A DNA stretch of 64,000 bases, from assembly GCA_965223845.1 (NCBI GenBank), contig CBDCXR010000004.1, forward strand, positions 1,088,001-1,152,000, read 5' to 3'. A program made the position numbers and the translations under genes. The notes beneath the pieces were generated by a model that made no database searches, had not been told where the DNA came from, and saw only the letters and a program-made list of their open reading frames with translations. The first letter of the stretch is position 1, and every line of letters starts with the position of its first letter. This stretch comes from Planctomycetota bacterium (GTDB taxonomy: Bacteria; Planctomycetota; UBA8108; SXIK01). This document shows, one piece after another, positions 18,331 through 27,058 of this stretch.

Positions 18331-20831
18331 GCTGGATCGTCGGGCGGCTCCATCTTCTCCAGGCGACGGAGACGACGGTCGAGGAGTTTCGGTGGCTCAG
18401 CGCGTTCCCCGCCTGGGTGTTCTTCCTCGTCGTCGCGCCCCTCGCTATCCTCTTCGCGCACTGGGTCTACCGCCGCGAGCGACTGAGCGGCGGGCCCGCG
18501 ACGCGATGGACCCTCACCGGACTCAGGACGCTCGTCCTTCTTTTCATCGTCGTTCTCCTCGCGGAGCCTGTCCTGCGAACGACGAAGTTTCTGCGGCAGG
18601 ACGCGGTGATCCTCGTCCTGGTCGACGATTCGCTCAGCATGGAGATCGCGGACAAGTACGGCCGCCGCGATCTTGCGGGCAACCTCGCCGAGTTTTTCGG
18701 TTCGACGGAAGACGTCATCGAAGCCACGTCGCGATACGGCCTCGTACGCCGCTTGCTCCGGAGTGATGACGTAAAGCTTATCGAGCGCCTGCGCGAAAAA
18801 GGTCGCGTGGTCGTCTCGACCTTCGCCGGCAGCCTCCAGCGTCTCCGGGAGTTCCCGCGGCGCACCGGGGACGAGCCCGACGCGCCGCCCGCGCACGAGG
18901 TGGAGATCCTTCCTGACTACGATTCGGTCCGCGCGAGTCTGCGCGTCCAGCAAACGCGGATCGCGGACGGGATCCTCGACGCGGTGAGCAGCGTCTCGGG
19001 GAGTCGCCTCGGCTCTTCGGAGCAGCGAGTCGCGGCCGTCGTCCTCTTCACCGACGGTCAAGAGACGGGGGGCAGTCGAGCGATCGACGACGTCGCCCGT
19101 CGCCTCGGCCAGCGCGGAGTTCCGGTCTACACGGTCGGTGTGGGGGACCCGGACGATCCGAAAGACATCCGCATGGTCAACCTCGAAGTGAACGACGTCG
19201 TTCTCGCCGGCGACGACGTGCCGTTCGACGCGTCGATCGTCGCCGACGGCTACGAAGGCGAGCGCGTGGAGGTGGAGCTCCAGTTCGATGGCCGGGTCGT
19301 CGACCGCCGCACCGAAGCTCTGGGGGCGAACGGCGAGGTGAAGAGCCTTCGTTTCGAGTACCGGCCGCCCGAGCCGGGCGAGTTCACCGTGACCGTCGCG
19401 GTGGAGACGCGCGGCGGCGAGCTCTTCAAGGACAACAACGCGATTTCGAAGACCATTCGCGTCCTCGATCAGAAGATCAAGGTGCTCTACGCCGACGGGC
19501 TCCCGCGGTGGGAGTACCGCTATCTCGAGAGCATTCTCACGCGCGATCCGACGATGGAGACGCAGGTGTTTCTCCACTCGGCGGATCCGAACTTCCTCCA
19601 GGAGTCCTCGGACGGGATCCCGCCGCTCCGCCGCTTTCCGGAGACGCGCGAGGAGCTCTTTGCGTATCACGTGATCGTCATCGGTGACGTTCCCGTCGAG
19701 GCCGGTGTCTCCGATCGCTTTCTTCGCCCCGAGCAGCTTCAGCTCGTGCGGGACTTCGTGTTCGAAGCCGGCGGCGGGGTGATCTTCGTCGGCGGGCCGA
19801 ACTCGAATCCGCTGCGCTACCGCGACACGTCGCTCTACAGCATTCTGCCCGTCGTCGTTCCGGAGGGTGCTCGACTCCGCTGGACGGAATCACAGCAGCC
19901 GATCACCGAGTCGTTCAATATGGAGCTCACGCCCGCGGGCCGCGAGCACACCGTCATGCGGCTCGACAACGACCGCGAGCGCAACATCACGCTATGGGAG
20001 AATCCTCAGCGCCGTCCGTTCGAGAATCTGCCGGGCATGTACTGGTTCGCGAAGGTCGGGGCGGCGAAGAAGGGGGCGGTCGTGCTCGCGCAGCACCCGA
20101 GCGCCGCCGTTCCGGGCGAAGAGGACGAAGGGATCCCGCTGCTCGCGTTCATGAACTACGGGAAGGGCCGAACCTTCTACAGCGGGGTCGACGAAACGTG
20201 GCGATGGCGCGCCGGGGAAGACACACGCCTCTTCGGCCGCTTCTGGGGGCAGGTGGTTCGCTTCGTCGCGTCGGGTCGTCTCCTCGGGAAGACGCCGCGG
20301 TTCTCGATTACGACGGACAAAGTGTCGTACACGCTCGGCGAAACGGTGAATATCGAAGCGCGCGTCTTCGACGCGAACATGAAACCAGTCACCGACCCGC
20401 AAGTGAAGGCGTACCAGGCGGCGGGAGCTGCAGCGCCGACGGAGCTCGAGCTCGATCTCGACGCGGTACGCGGCCAAGGTGTCTACCGCGGCTCCGTCCT
20501 CGCGAATCAGCTGGGGCCGCACGAAATCTGGTTGGGGACGACCGCCGAAAAGCTCGCGTTTCGCTCGTATTCGGTCGCGGTGCCGGCGATCGAGCTGCGC
20601 GATCCACGACGCAACTCGCCGCTCCTCGAGGAGCTCGCGGTCTCGAGCGAGGGAAAGTCGTACGAGCTGTACGAAGTGGGCGAGCTCATCGACTCGATCG
20701 AGGGGCAGAGTCGTTCGCGTCGCGGGCGCTACGAAGACGACGCGATTTGGGATGAAACGTGGATTCTCCTTTCGTTTACCGGGCTGATCGCGCTCGAGTG
20801 GATCCTGCGGAAGATGGCCCGACTCCTGTGA
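18327..20831 (+). CDS. vWA + class-I-GATase-like membrane protein
   Basis: ATGA overlap with the previous gene; two N-terminal TM segments; MIDAS VDDSLSM and FTDG; PRWEYRYL; YGKGR...DETWRWR...FWGQVVR; C-terminal TM ending LEWILRK. Confidence 0.85.
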   Translation: MSWIVGRLHLLQATETTVEEFRWLSAFPAWVFFLVVAPLAILFAHWVYRRERLSGGPATRWTLTGLRTLVLLFIVVLLAEPVLRTTKFLRQDAVILVLVDDSLSMEIADKYGRRDLAGNLAEFFGSTEDVIEATSRYGLVRRLLRSDDVKLIERLREKGRVVVSTFAGSLQRLREFPRRTGDEPDAPPAHEVEILPDYDSVRASLRVQQTRIADGILDAVSSVSGSRLGSSEQRVAAVVLFTDGQETGGSRAIDDVARRLGQRGVPVYTVGVGDPDDPKDIRMVNLEVNDVVLAGDDVPFDASIVADGYEGERVEVELQFDGRVVDRRTEALGANGEVKSLRFEYRPPEPGEFTVTVAVETRGGELFKDNNAISKTIRVLDQKIKVLYADGLPRWEYRYLESILTRDPTMETQVFLHSADPNFLQESSDGIPPLRRFPETREELFAYHVIVIGDVPVEAGVSDRFLRPEQLQLVRDFVFEAGGGVIFVGGPNSNPLRYRDTSLYSILPVVVPEGARLRWTESQQPITESFNMELTPAGREHTVMRLDNDRERNITLWENPQRRPFENLPGMYWFAKVGAAKKGAVVLAQHPSAAVPGEEDEGIPLLAFMNYGKGRTFYSGVDETWRWRAGEDTRLFGRFWGQVVRFVASGRLLGKTPRFSITTDKVSYTLGETVNIEARVFDANMKPVTDPQVKAYQAAGAAAPTELELDLDAVRGQGVYRGSVLANQLGPHEIWLGTTAEKLAFRSYSVAVPAIELRDPRRNSPLLEELAVSSEGKSYELYEVGELIDSIEGQSRSRRGRYEDDAIWDETWILLSFTGLIALEWILRKMARLL

Positions 20832-20849
20832 TTCGATCTCGCGCCGGAA

Positions 20850-23486
20850 ATGTCGGTGCGGTTGTCGACTCTTCTCGTACAGACGAGCTTCGTGTTTCTA
20901 AGCGGCTTTAGGAATGGTTTCGCACCGAGGCCCGAGCGAGGACTCGGTCGCCGGCGCGGTTTCGCGTCCACGGGTGCCATCGCCCTGATGGTTCTCGTCG
21001 GTGCCGCGCTCGTCATTCCGCGCGCCCATGCGAACGACACCGTCCTCGTCGCCGCCGCGGATGAGCTTTGGCGGCAAGATCTCCGCGCCGCGCTCGAAGA
21101 GCTGCGCGAGGGTCGCACCGGGCGAGGGATCGAGCTGCTCCAGCGACTGCTCGTCCGGGGAGACGGCGCGCTGCTCGAGATTCGCTCGGAGGCTGTGCTC
21201 GAGAGCCCCCTCACCGCGGAGATCGATGCAACGATTCTCGTCACGGAGAAGCGGGTCGACCCCGCTCCCCGAGTCCGCCCGCGCAGTCGATTCGCGGTGC
21301 GAAGTCCCGTGAGAGTGAAGCGGACGTCGACCTCGAAGCCGCGCCGATTCCTCTCCGTTCCCGCGGTGGTCCGGACGGTGCTCCGCGCGCTGCCGGCAGA
21401 GCACCGGGAGTTGTATCGCGCACGCTACGACACCCGCGCCGATGCCCTCCTCGCGTCCTTCCGCTCGAGTGGCTCGTCCGCGCCGCTCGAACGGCTCGTC
21501 GGGACGTATCCGATCGCGAGCTCCTTCGCCGTCGCGGCGGAAGCCTTGGGCGACGTTCGCTGGGAAGAGGGGCGGACGCTCGGCGCCGCACGGAATTGGC
21601 GGAGCGCGATCGAGTCGCTCACAGACGATGCCGCGAGCGGCGGAGACGCACCGGAACGCGCGACCCGTCGGGCGCGACTTCGCGGCAAGTTGGCGCGCGC
21701 GCTCGTCGCGCTCGGCTACACCCGCGCGGCCGAGGAGGCCGTCGCCGAGCTCGAAGAGACCGGGTGGCCGGGCGCCGGCGTGATCGCCGCCTCGCCGCGA
21801 ACCGAGGCGCTCGGGGTAGAGATCGGTGCGGCGGACCCGACCCCCGGCGCGGCGTCGGTGCCGGCGGACACGGATTGGTCGGGCGCACTCGCGCAGCTCT
21901 TCGTTGGCGTCGGAGCGGGACGCGGCGCGCCCTCACTTCCGTCGATCGAAAAAGGAACGTTCGAGCTCTCCTGGGCGAGCGCGCGCGCACTGCGCCTTCG
22001 GGGCGGCGAGTTCGCGGGGCTCGTCCCACCCGTGCCCTTCCTTCCGCTCGTCGAAGGCGGCGAGCTCTTCCTCGCAACGCCGCGCTGGATCCACCGCTTC
22101 GAGGCTTCGCCCGGTCGCGGGCGCGTGACCGCGCGCTACCGAAAGCCGGATCGTCCTCTCATCTTCGAGCTCGACAACGAGACGCGCCGACTCACGGTAA
22201 AGCGCTGGCGGGAACGCGATGGCGGACCGTACGCGAACGAGCTTCCGCGCAGCATCATCGTCTCGAGTTTCGTCGACGACGTCGTCGAGTACGCCGAGTA
22301 CCAGCACTACCAGATTCGCGCCGAAATTCCGATTCGCGGACTGATCGCGTTCGACGGAGAGACCGGCGAGGAGCTCTGGCGCACCCGGGAGCGAGCGGAT
22401 CGCGACCGTGCGGTTCATCGGCGCTCGGCGGCGAGTGTGCTCGCGGCGCGGGATGAACGGCGCGGTGGACGCGGTGCTGGAGAGAAGGGCTTCAGCTACA
22501 CGTCGCCCGTTCTGATTCGACACGGTCTCGTCGTCGTCGGCGGTTGGGTGCAGCGCGGCTACGTGAACGCGGCGCTCCGCGGACTCGACCTTCGCGACGG
22601 TTCGGTCGTCTGGGAGACTCTCCTCAGCAGCTCTCAGCTAGAGCAGACGATGTTCGGCGAGATCGCGCGGGAGCCGTTTCCCGGGTCGATCGCCGAGCGC
22701 GAAGGGATCGTGTACTTTGCCACGCAGCTCGGCTCCGTCGCGGCCGTCGAGCTCGCGACCGGTGACCCTCTCTGGCTGACGACGTACCCGACGATTCCCG
22801 TCGAAAGTACGCTCGGACCGCTGCCTCGACTTCGCGCAGTGCGGTGGGGCGACGCGCCGCTCGTCTTCGTCGACCATCTTCTTCTCGTCGCACCCCGCGA
22901 CGGCACTCGCCTCTATGCGATCGACACCGGGAGCGGCGCCGACGGCGTCGCGGCGGCGGGCACGATCCGTTGGGAGTTCAGCGGAGCGGACTTCGGCAGT
23001 CGACTCGATCACTTCGTCGGTTACCGGGATGGATACGCTTACATTTCGAGCGAGGAAGGAGCCGCTCCGATCGTGCGTCTCGATATTCGCGAGCGCGATG
23101 CCCGGGGGCGGCTCGTCGCCGAGGGCGGCGGGGTCCGGCGCGAGCCGGCCGCCGAGCAGACCATGGCGATCCTCGGCATCCATCCGACGACTCACGCAGT
23201 CCTCACCGACCGCGGTCTTCTGGTCGTCAGCGAGTCGCGCCTTCGACTCGTCAGCTTCGATCTGCGCTCGGTCGTGGATCTCTCCGCGGAGCTCCCGCTC
23301 TTCGCGGTCGACGAGGGGCGCGGGCGGCTCGACGTCGAGAGCGGGTCGATCTACTTCACGAATTGGCGCGGCGTGACGGCGTTTGCGAGTCGGCTGGCGT
23401 CGGCAGGCGATCGCTCGATCGAGCGCCGCGATTCCGAGGCCGCCGGAGAAGACGAATTCGAGCCGCGAGAGACCGAGAGCGACTGA
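20850..23486 (+). CDS. Exported helical/TPR-like + PQQ-type beta-propeller repeat protein
   Basis: Signal peptide ending AHA; propeller blades IAFDGETGEELW, GLDLRDGSVVWE, AVELATGDPLW, YAIDTGSG...IRWE. Confidence 0.75.
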   Translation: MSVRLSTLLVQTSFVFLSGFRNGFAPRPERGLGRRRGFASTGAIALMVLVGAALVIPRAHANDTVLVAAADELWRQDLRAALEELREGRTGRGIELLQRLLVRGDGALLEIRSEAVLESPLTAEIDATILVTEKRVDPAPRVRPRSRFAVRSPVRVKRTSTSKPRRFLSVPAVVRTVLRALPAEHRELYRARYDTRADALLASFRSSGSSAPLERLVGTYPIASSFAVAAEALGDVRWEEGRTLGAARNWRSAIESLTDDAASGGDAPERATRRARLRGKLARALVALGYTRAAEEAVAELEETGWPGAGVIAASPRTEALGVEIGAADPTPGAASVPADTDWSGALAQLFVGVGAGRGAPSLPSIEKGTFELSWASARALRLRGGEFAGLVPPVPFLPLVEGGELFLATPRWIHRFEASPGRGRVTARYRKPDRPLIFELDNETRRLTVKRWRERDGGPYANELPRSIIVSSFVDDVVEYAEYQHYQIRAEIPIRGLIAFDGETGEELWRTRERADRDRAVHRRSAASVLAARDERRGGRGAGEKGFSYTSPVLIRHGLVVVGGWVQRGYVNAALRGLDLRDGSVVWETLLSSSQLEQTMFGEIAREPFPGSIAEREGIVYFATQLGSVAAVELATGDPLWLTTYPTIPVESTLGPLPRLRAVRWGDAPLVFVDHLLLVAPRDGTRLYAIDTGSGADGVAAAGTIRWEFSGADFGSRLDHFVGYRDGYAYISSEEGAAPIVRLDIRERDARGRLVAEGGGVRREPAAEQTMAILGIHPTTHAVLTDRGLLVVSESRLRLVSFDLRSVVDLSAELPLFAVDEGRGRLDVESGSIYFTNWRGVTAFASRLASAGDRSIERRDSEAAGEDEFEPRETESD

Positions 23487-23631
23487 CCAGCGGTTCGGGA
23501 AGGAGCTTTTTCTGTCCGCGAGAACGGGGCGTCGAACGTACGATGAAGAGTGAGAATCCCACGGTGAGCGGGGTCTGCCCGGCCGCCGGACATCAGGCGA
23601 ATCTTCCGAGGCGATATCGGGTGAACCTCCC

Positions 23632-24804
23632 ATGAGACCTTGCGCTGAACGTCACTCACGGCGCCGTCGGCGCTTCCGGATGCGGTCGGTGGCCGCCCTG
23701 CTCGCGCTCGTCGCCGTCGTCGCCGGCTTGCCCGTCCGAGGGACGCCGCCGGGAGGTCTCGCCGAGAATGCTCGCACCTCGAACCCGAGGCGCGAACCGC
23801 CGCGTCGCTTCGGGATCGACGCGTCGGTACGCGAGCGAATCGACCGCGGGCTCGAGTTCCTGCGGCGGAGCCAGAACCCAGACGGATCGTGGTCGGACTA
23901 CGTGGGCCGGAAGGTCCACATGCGCTACGAGTGTCACTTCGCGCGCCATGTCGGTGCGACGGCACTCGCCGGAATGGCCTTCCTATCGGCCGGCGTCCTG
24001 CCGGGACGTGGCCCCGACGCCAGGTACTGCGAGGTGCTGCGGAAGGCGACGGATTTCTTGATCCGCCAGCAAGACAGCACGGGATACATCTCCGCCTACG
24101 GCTCGCGCATGTACGCCCACGCCTTCGCGACCCTGTTCCTCGCCGAGGCCTACGGAACGGCCGTCGAGCCGGACGCCGACCGCGTCCGAAGAGCGCTTCG
24201 AGGTGCGGTGCGACTCATCGTTCGCGCGCAGAACGAATCGGGGGGATGGCGCTACACTCCTCAGGCCAAAGATTCCGATATGTCGGTGACGGTGTGCCAA
24301 GTCATGGCGCTCCGCGCCGCGCGAAACGCGGGGATCGAAGTCCCGAAGGCGACCATCGACTCCGCCGTGAAGTACGTCCGTCGGAGCTTCGACAACATCG
24401 AGCGCGGCTTTCGCTACCAGATCTACCCCGAGTACGGCCGGAGTCGAGTCTCGTTCGCGCTCACGGCGTGCGGGGTCACGACGTTCTTCGCCGCCGGGGA
24501 GTACAACGCGATCGAGATCCGTGACGGCCTCAATTACCTCTGGCGCCATCGCTTCGAGAACGGTGCGGGGCGCGAGCGGGAGAACTTCGAGTGGTTCTAC
24601 GGTCACTACTACGCCGTACAGGCGGCGTTCCAGGCGGGCGGGGAGTATTGGCGGCGCTGGTACGAATTCATCAGCGAACAACTGGTGACTCTCCAGCGCG
24701 TGGACGGGAGCTGGGAAGATCTCGTGGGGCCGAACTACGCCACCGCGATGGCGCTCATCATTCTGCAGTTGCCGAACCAGTATCTTCCGATTACGGAGAG
24801 TTGA
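23632..24804 (+). CDS. Exported prenyltransferase/squalene-oxidase-repeat (alpha/alpha-toroid) protein
   Basis: RGLEFLRRSQNPDGSW, MYAHAFATLFLAEAYG, AQNESGGWRY...DSDMSVTVCQVMALRAARNAG, FYGHYYAVQA, QRVDGSW. The start may instead be ATG 23680. Confidence 0.88.
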   Translation: MRPCAERHSRRRRRFRMRSVAALLALVAVVAGLPVRGTPPGGLAENARTSNPRREPPRRFGIDASVRERIDRGLEFLRRSQNPDGSWSDYVGRKVHMRYECHFARHVGATALAGMAFLSAGVLPGRGPDARYCEVLRKATDFLIRQQDSTGYISAYGSRMYAHAFATLFLAEAYGTAVEPDADRVRRALRGAVRLIVRAQNESGGWRYTPQAKDSDMSVTVCQVMALRAARNAGIEVPKATIDSAVKYVRRSFDNIERGFRYQIYPEYGRSRVSFALTACGVTTFFAAGEYNAIEIRDGLNYLWRHRFENGAGRERENFEWFYGHYYAVQAAFQAGGEYWRRWYEFISEQLVTLQRVDGSWEDLVGPNYATAMALIILQLPNQYLPITES

Positions 24805-24805
24805 A

Positions 24806-27058
24806 GTGAAGGCGGATCCTCCGATCGCGGGCGCCGGCGTTCCGCGCTTGACGCGCACGCTCGGGCGACTTCGTGCGCTCCTCCGGCGGGCGTTTCTCGC
24901 CGACGGTGTCGCGTCCATCGGGATCCTCCTCGCGGTGGGGATCGCGACCTCGTTTGCGCTCGATTATTTTCTTCACCTCCCGCGCGGGGTGCGCGGGGTG
25001 CTGCTCTTCGCGTCGATTGCGATCGCGGGGGCGGCGGTCTGGCGGCGACTCTTGAAGCCGGGGACCCTCTCTCTCCCGGACGAGGATCTCGCCGTTCTTC
25101 TCGAGCGCGCGCATCCGGAGCTTGAAGGTCGTCTCCTCACCGCGGTCGAGTTGTCGCAGCCCGGTCGCGAAACCGCGGCCCACGTCTCCCCCGTGCTGAT
25201 TCACCGAGTCGTCGAGGAGGCCGAGTCTCGCGTCGGTTCGCTTCAGCTCGGACGAGTCTTCGACCTCCGGCGACTTCGAGCGAAGGGGATCGTTGCCGCC
25301 GTCGGAGTGGTCGCTCTGATCACGTTCTTCGCGGCCAACGCGTCGCTCGCTTCGACGTGGCTCTCTCGAAACGTCCTCCTCTCGAGCTCGCTCTGGCCGC
25401 GGCGGGTCGAGCTGGCGTTCGAGCCCGCTCTCTCCTCCCCGGTCGTCGTCGCCGTCGGCGATGATCTTCAGGTCGCCGTGCGCGTCCTCAAGGGCTCGCC
25501 GGAAATGCTCGTCTCTCGCGCCCTTTCCGGGTCGGGAATGGAGCGCGTCGACAGCCTGACAGAGTCGACGAGCGGGATCTACCGGAAGACGTTTACGAAC
25601 GTCGCTCAACCGTTTTCCTTCAGCGTCGAAGGCGGGGATCACCGCATCGGTCCGGTCGCCGTCGAGGTGCGCGTTCGCCCGCGCATCGACATGCAGTCCG
25701 TTCGGCTCTGGTGCGAGTATCCGGACTATCTCGGAATCGCTTCGACCCCGCTCGAGGAGCCGATCCGCTTCGGAAACCTCAAGGTTCCGGTCGCGACTCG
25801 CGTTCGCTTCGAGATGGCGACGAACGTGCCGGTGGCAGCGGCGTACCTCGTCCTCGATCTTCGTTCAGAAGGCGACACGGGCGCGGCGGCCGAGGGCGAT
25901 GACCGGCGCTCGCCATCGGAGTCGGAGTGGCCGAGCGCGGGGGCGATACCCGTCGACGTGCGCGACGAACGCAATCTCGCCGGAGAATTCACCGTCACGG
26001 GAAGCGGCCATTACTACCTTCAGCTCGAAACCGCCGAGCGCTTCCGAAACGCCCGCCCGGGCCGGTTCCGCGTGCAGGCGATTCCCGATCGAGCCCCTCT
26101 CGTCAAGGTGATCCGGCCCGAGCGACTCACGGAGGAGGTCACGCCCGTCGCGACGCTCTCGATCCGTGTCGATGCTACAGACGACTACGGCGTTCGGGCG
26201 GCGGCGGTCGAAGGCAGCTACTTCCCGCCGGAGAGCGACGAGGGCTCGCCGCGGACGCTCGCCGTTCCTCCCGTCGAAGGCTCGGAAGATCGAGCCGAAA
26301 ACGATGCGAGCGCGGGGCGGCGTTGGAGCGGGGCGCTCGCCGTCGACGTCCGGACCCTCGCGGATGAGACTCTCCCCCCGCCCGCGCCCGGAGCGCGGTT
26401 TCAGTTCTTCGTTACCGCGGTCGACCACGGCGAGAACAGCGGCGAGTCGCCGGTCTACTACGTTCGCGTCGTCGAGCCGGATGAGCTCATGCAGGCCCTC
26501 AACAATCGCTTGATGGTCGTTCGCGATCGACTCGAGGAGCTGCGGCGCCAGCAGATGTCCGCGCGCCGGGACCTGACGACGTTCCAGGACGAGGCGGCTC
26601 TCGCGGGCGGCGTGACGAGGAAAAGCGCCAAAAAGCTCGTTCGCTACGAACGGGACGCCGGGCGGATTCGACGCGGCCTCGACGCCGAAACGGAGTCGAT
26701 CGGACAGGTGCTCGAGCGGGCAATCGACAACCGCGTCGGCGACTCGAAGTGGCGAAACTGGGTCCGCGGGATTCAGAATGAGATGGCCGGGCTGTCCGCC
26801 CGCGACGCGGCGGCGATCGTCGAGCAACTCCAGTCGTTGAAGGCGCGGGTCGAGGCGGCCGACGCCGACGCGTCGAGCCTCCAGGCGATCACGGATCGCC
26901 AGCGGGCGATCGAGAACGCGCTCGATCTTCTCGTGATGCGTCTCACCGAGTTCAACGATCTGAACGCGCTCGTGCGCCAGCTCCGAGCGATTCAGCGACG
27001 TCAAACCGAGATCCGCGACCAGACGAAAGCCCTATACGACGAGGATCAGGAACGATGA
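24806..27058 (+). CDS. Multi-TM membrane protein with Ig-like domains and C-terminal coiled coil (DUF4175-like)
   Basis: Three N-terminal hydrophobic segments, ERAHPELEGRLLTAVEL, PDRAPLV...ATDDYGV, helical C-terminus. GTG start 1 nt after the previous stop. Confidence 0.75.
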   Translation: MKADPPIAGAGVPRLTRTLGRLRALLRRAFLADGVASIGILLAVGIATSFALDYFLHLPRGVRGVLLFASIAIAGAAVWRRLLKPGTLSLPDEDLAVLLERAHPELEGRLLTAVELSQPGRETAAHVSPVLIHRVVEEAESRVGSLQLGRVFDLRRLRAKGIVAAVGVVALITFFAANASLASTWLSRNVLLSSSLWPRRVELAFEPALSSPVVVAVGDDLQVAVRVLKGSPEMLVSRALSGSGMERVDSLTESTSGIYRKTFTNVAQPFSFSVEGGDHRIGPVAVEVRVRPRIDMQSVRLWCEYPDYLGIASTPLEEPIRFGNLKVPVATRVRFEMATNVPVAAAYLVLDLRSEGDTGAAAEGDDRRSPSESEWPSAGAIPVDVRDERNLAGEFTVTGSGHYYLQLETAERFRNARPGRFRVQAIPDRAPLVKVIRPERLTEEVTPVATLSIRVDATDDYGVRAAAVEGSYFPPESDEGSPRTLAVPPVEGSEDRAENDASAGRRWSGALAVDVRTLADETLPPPAPGARFQFFVTAVDHGENSGESPVYYVRVVEPDELMQALNNRLMVVRDRLEELRRQQMSARRDLTTFQDEAALAGGVTRKSAKKLVRYERDAGRIRRGLDAETESIGQVLERAIDNRVGDSKWRNWVRGIQNEMAGLSARDAAAIVEQLQSLKARVEAADADASSLQAITDRQRAIENALDLLVMRLTEFNDLNALVRQLRAIQRRQTEIRDQTKALYDEDQER

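Noticed and set aside
23632-24804. Squalene-hopene cyclase / terpene biosynthetic cluster call
   Set aside because: No canonical DxDD motif, single-domain size, export signal, and no isoprenoid pathway genes nearby.
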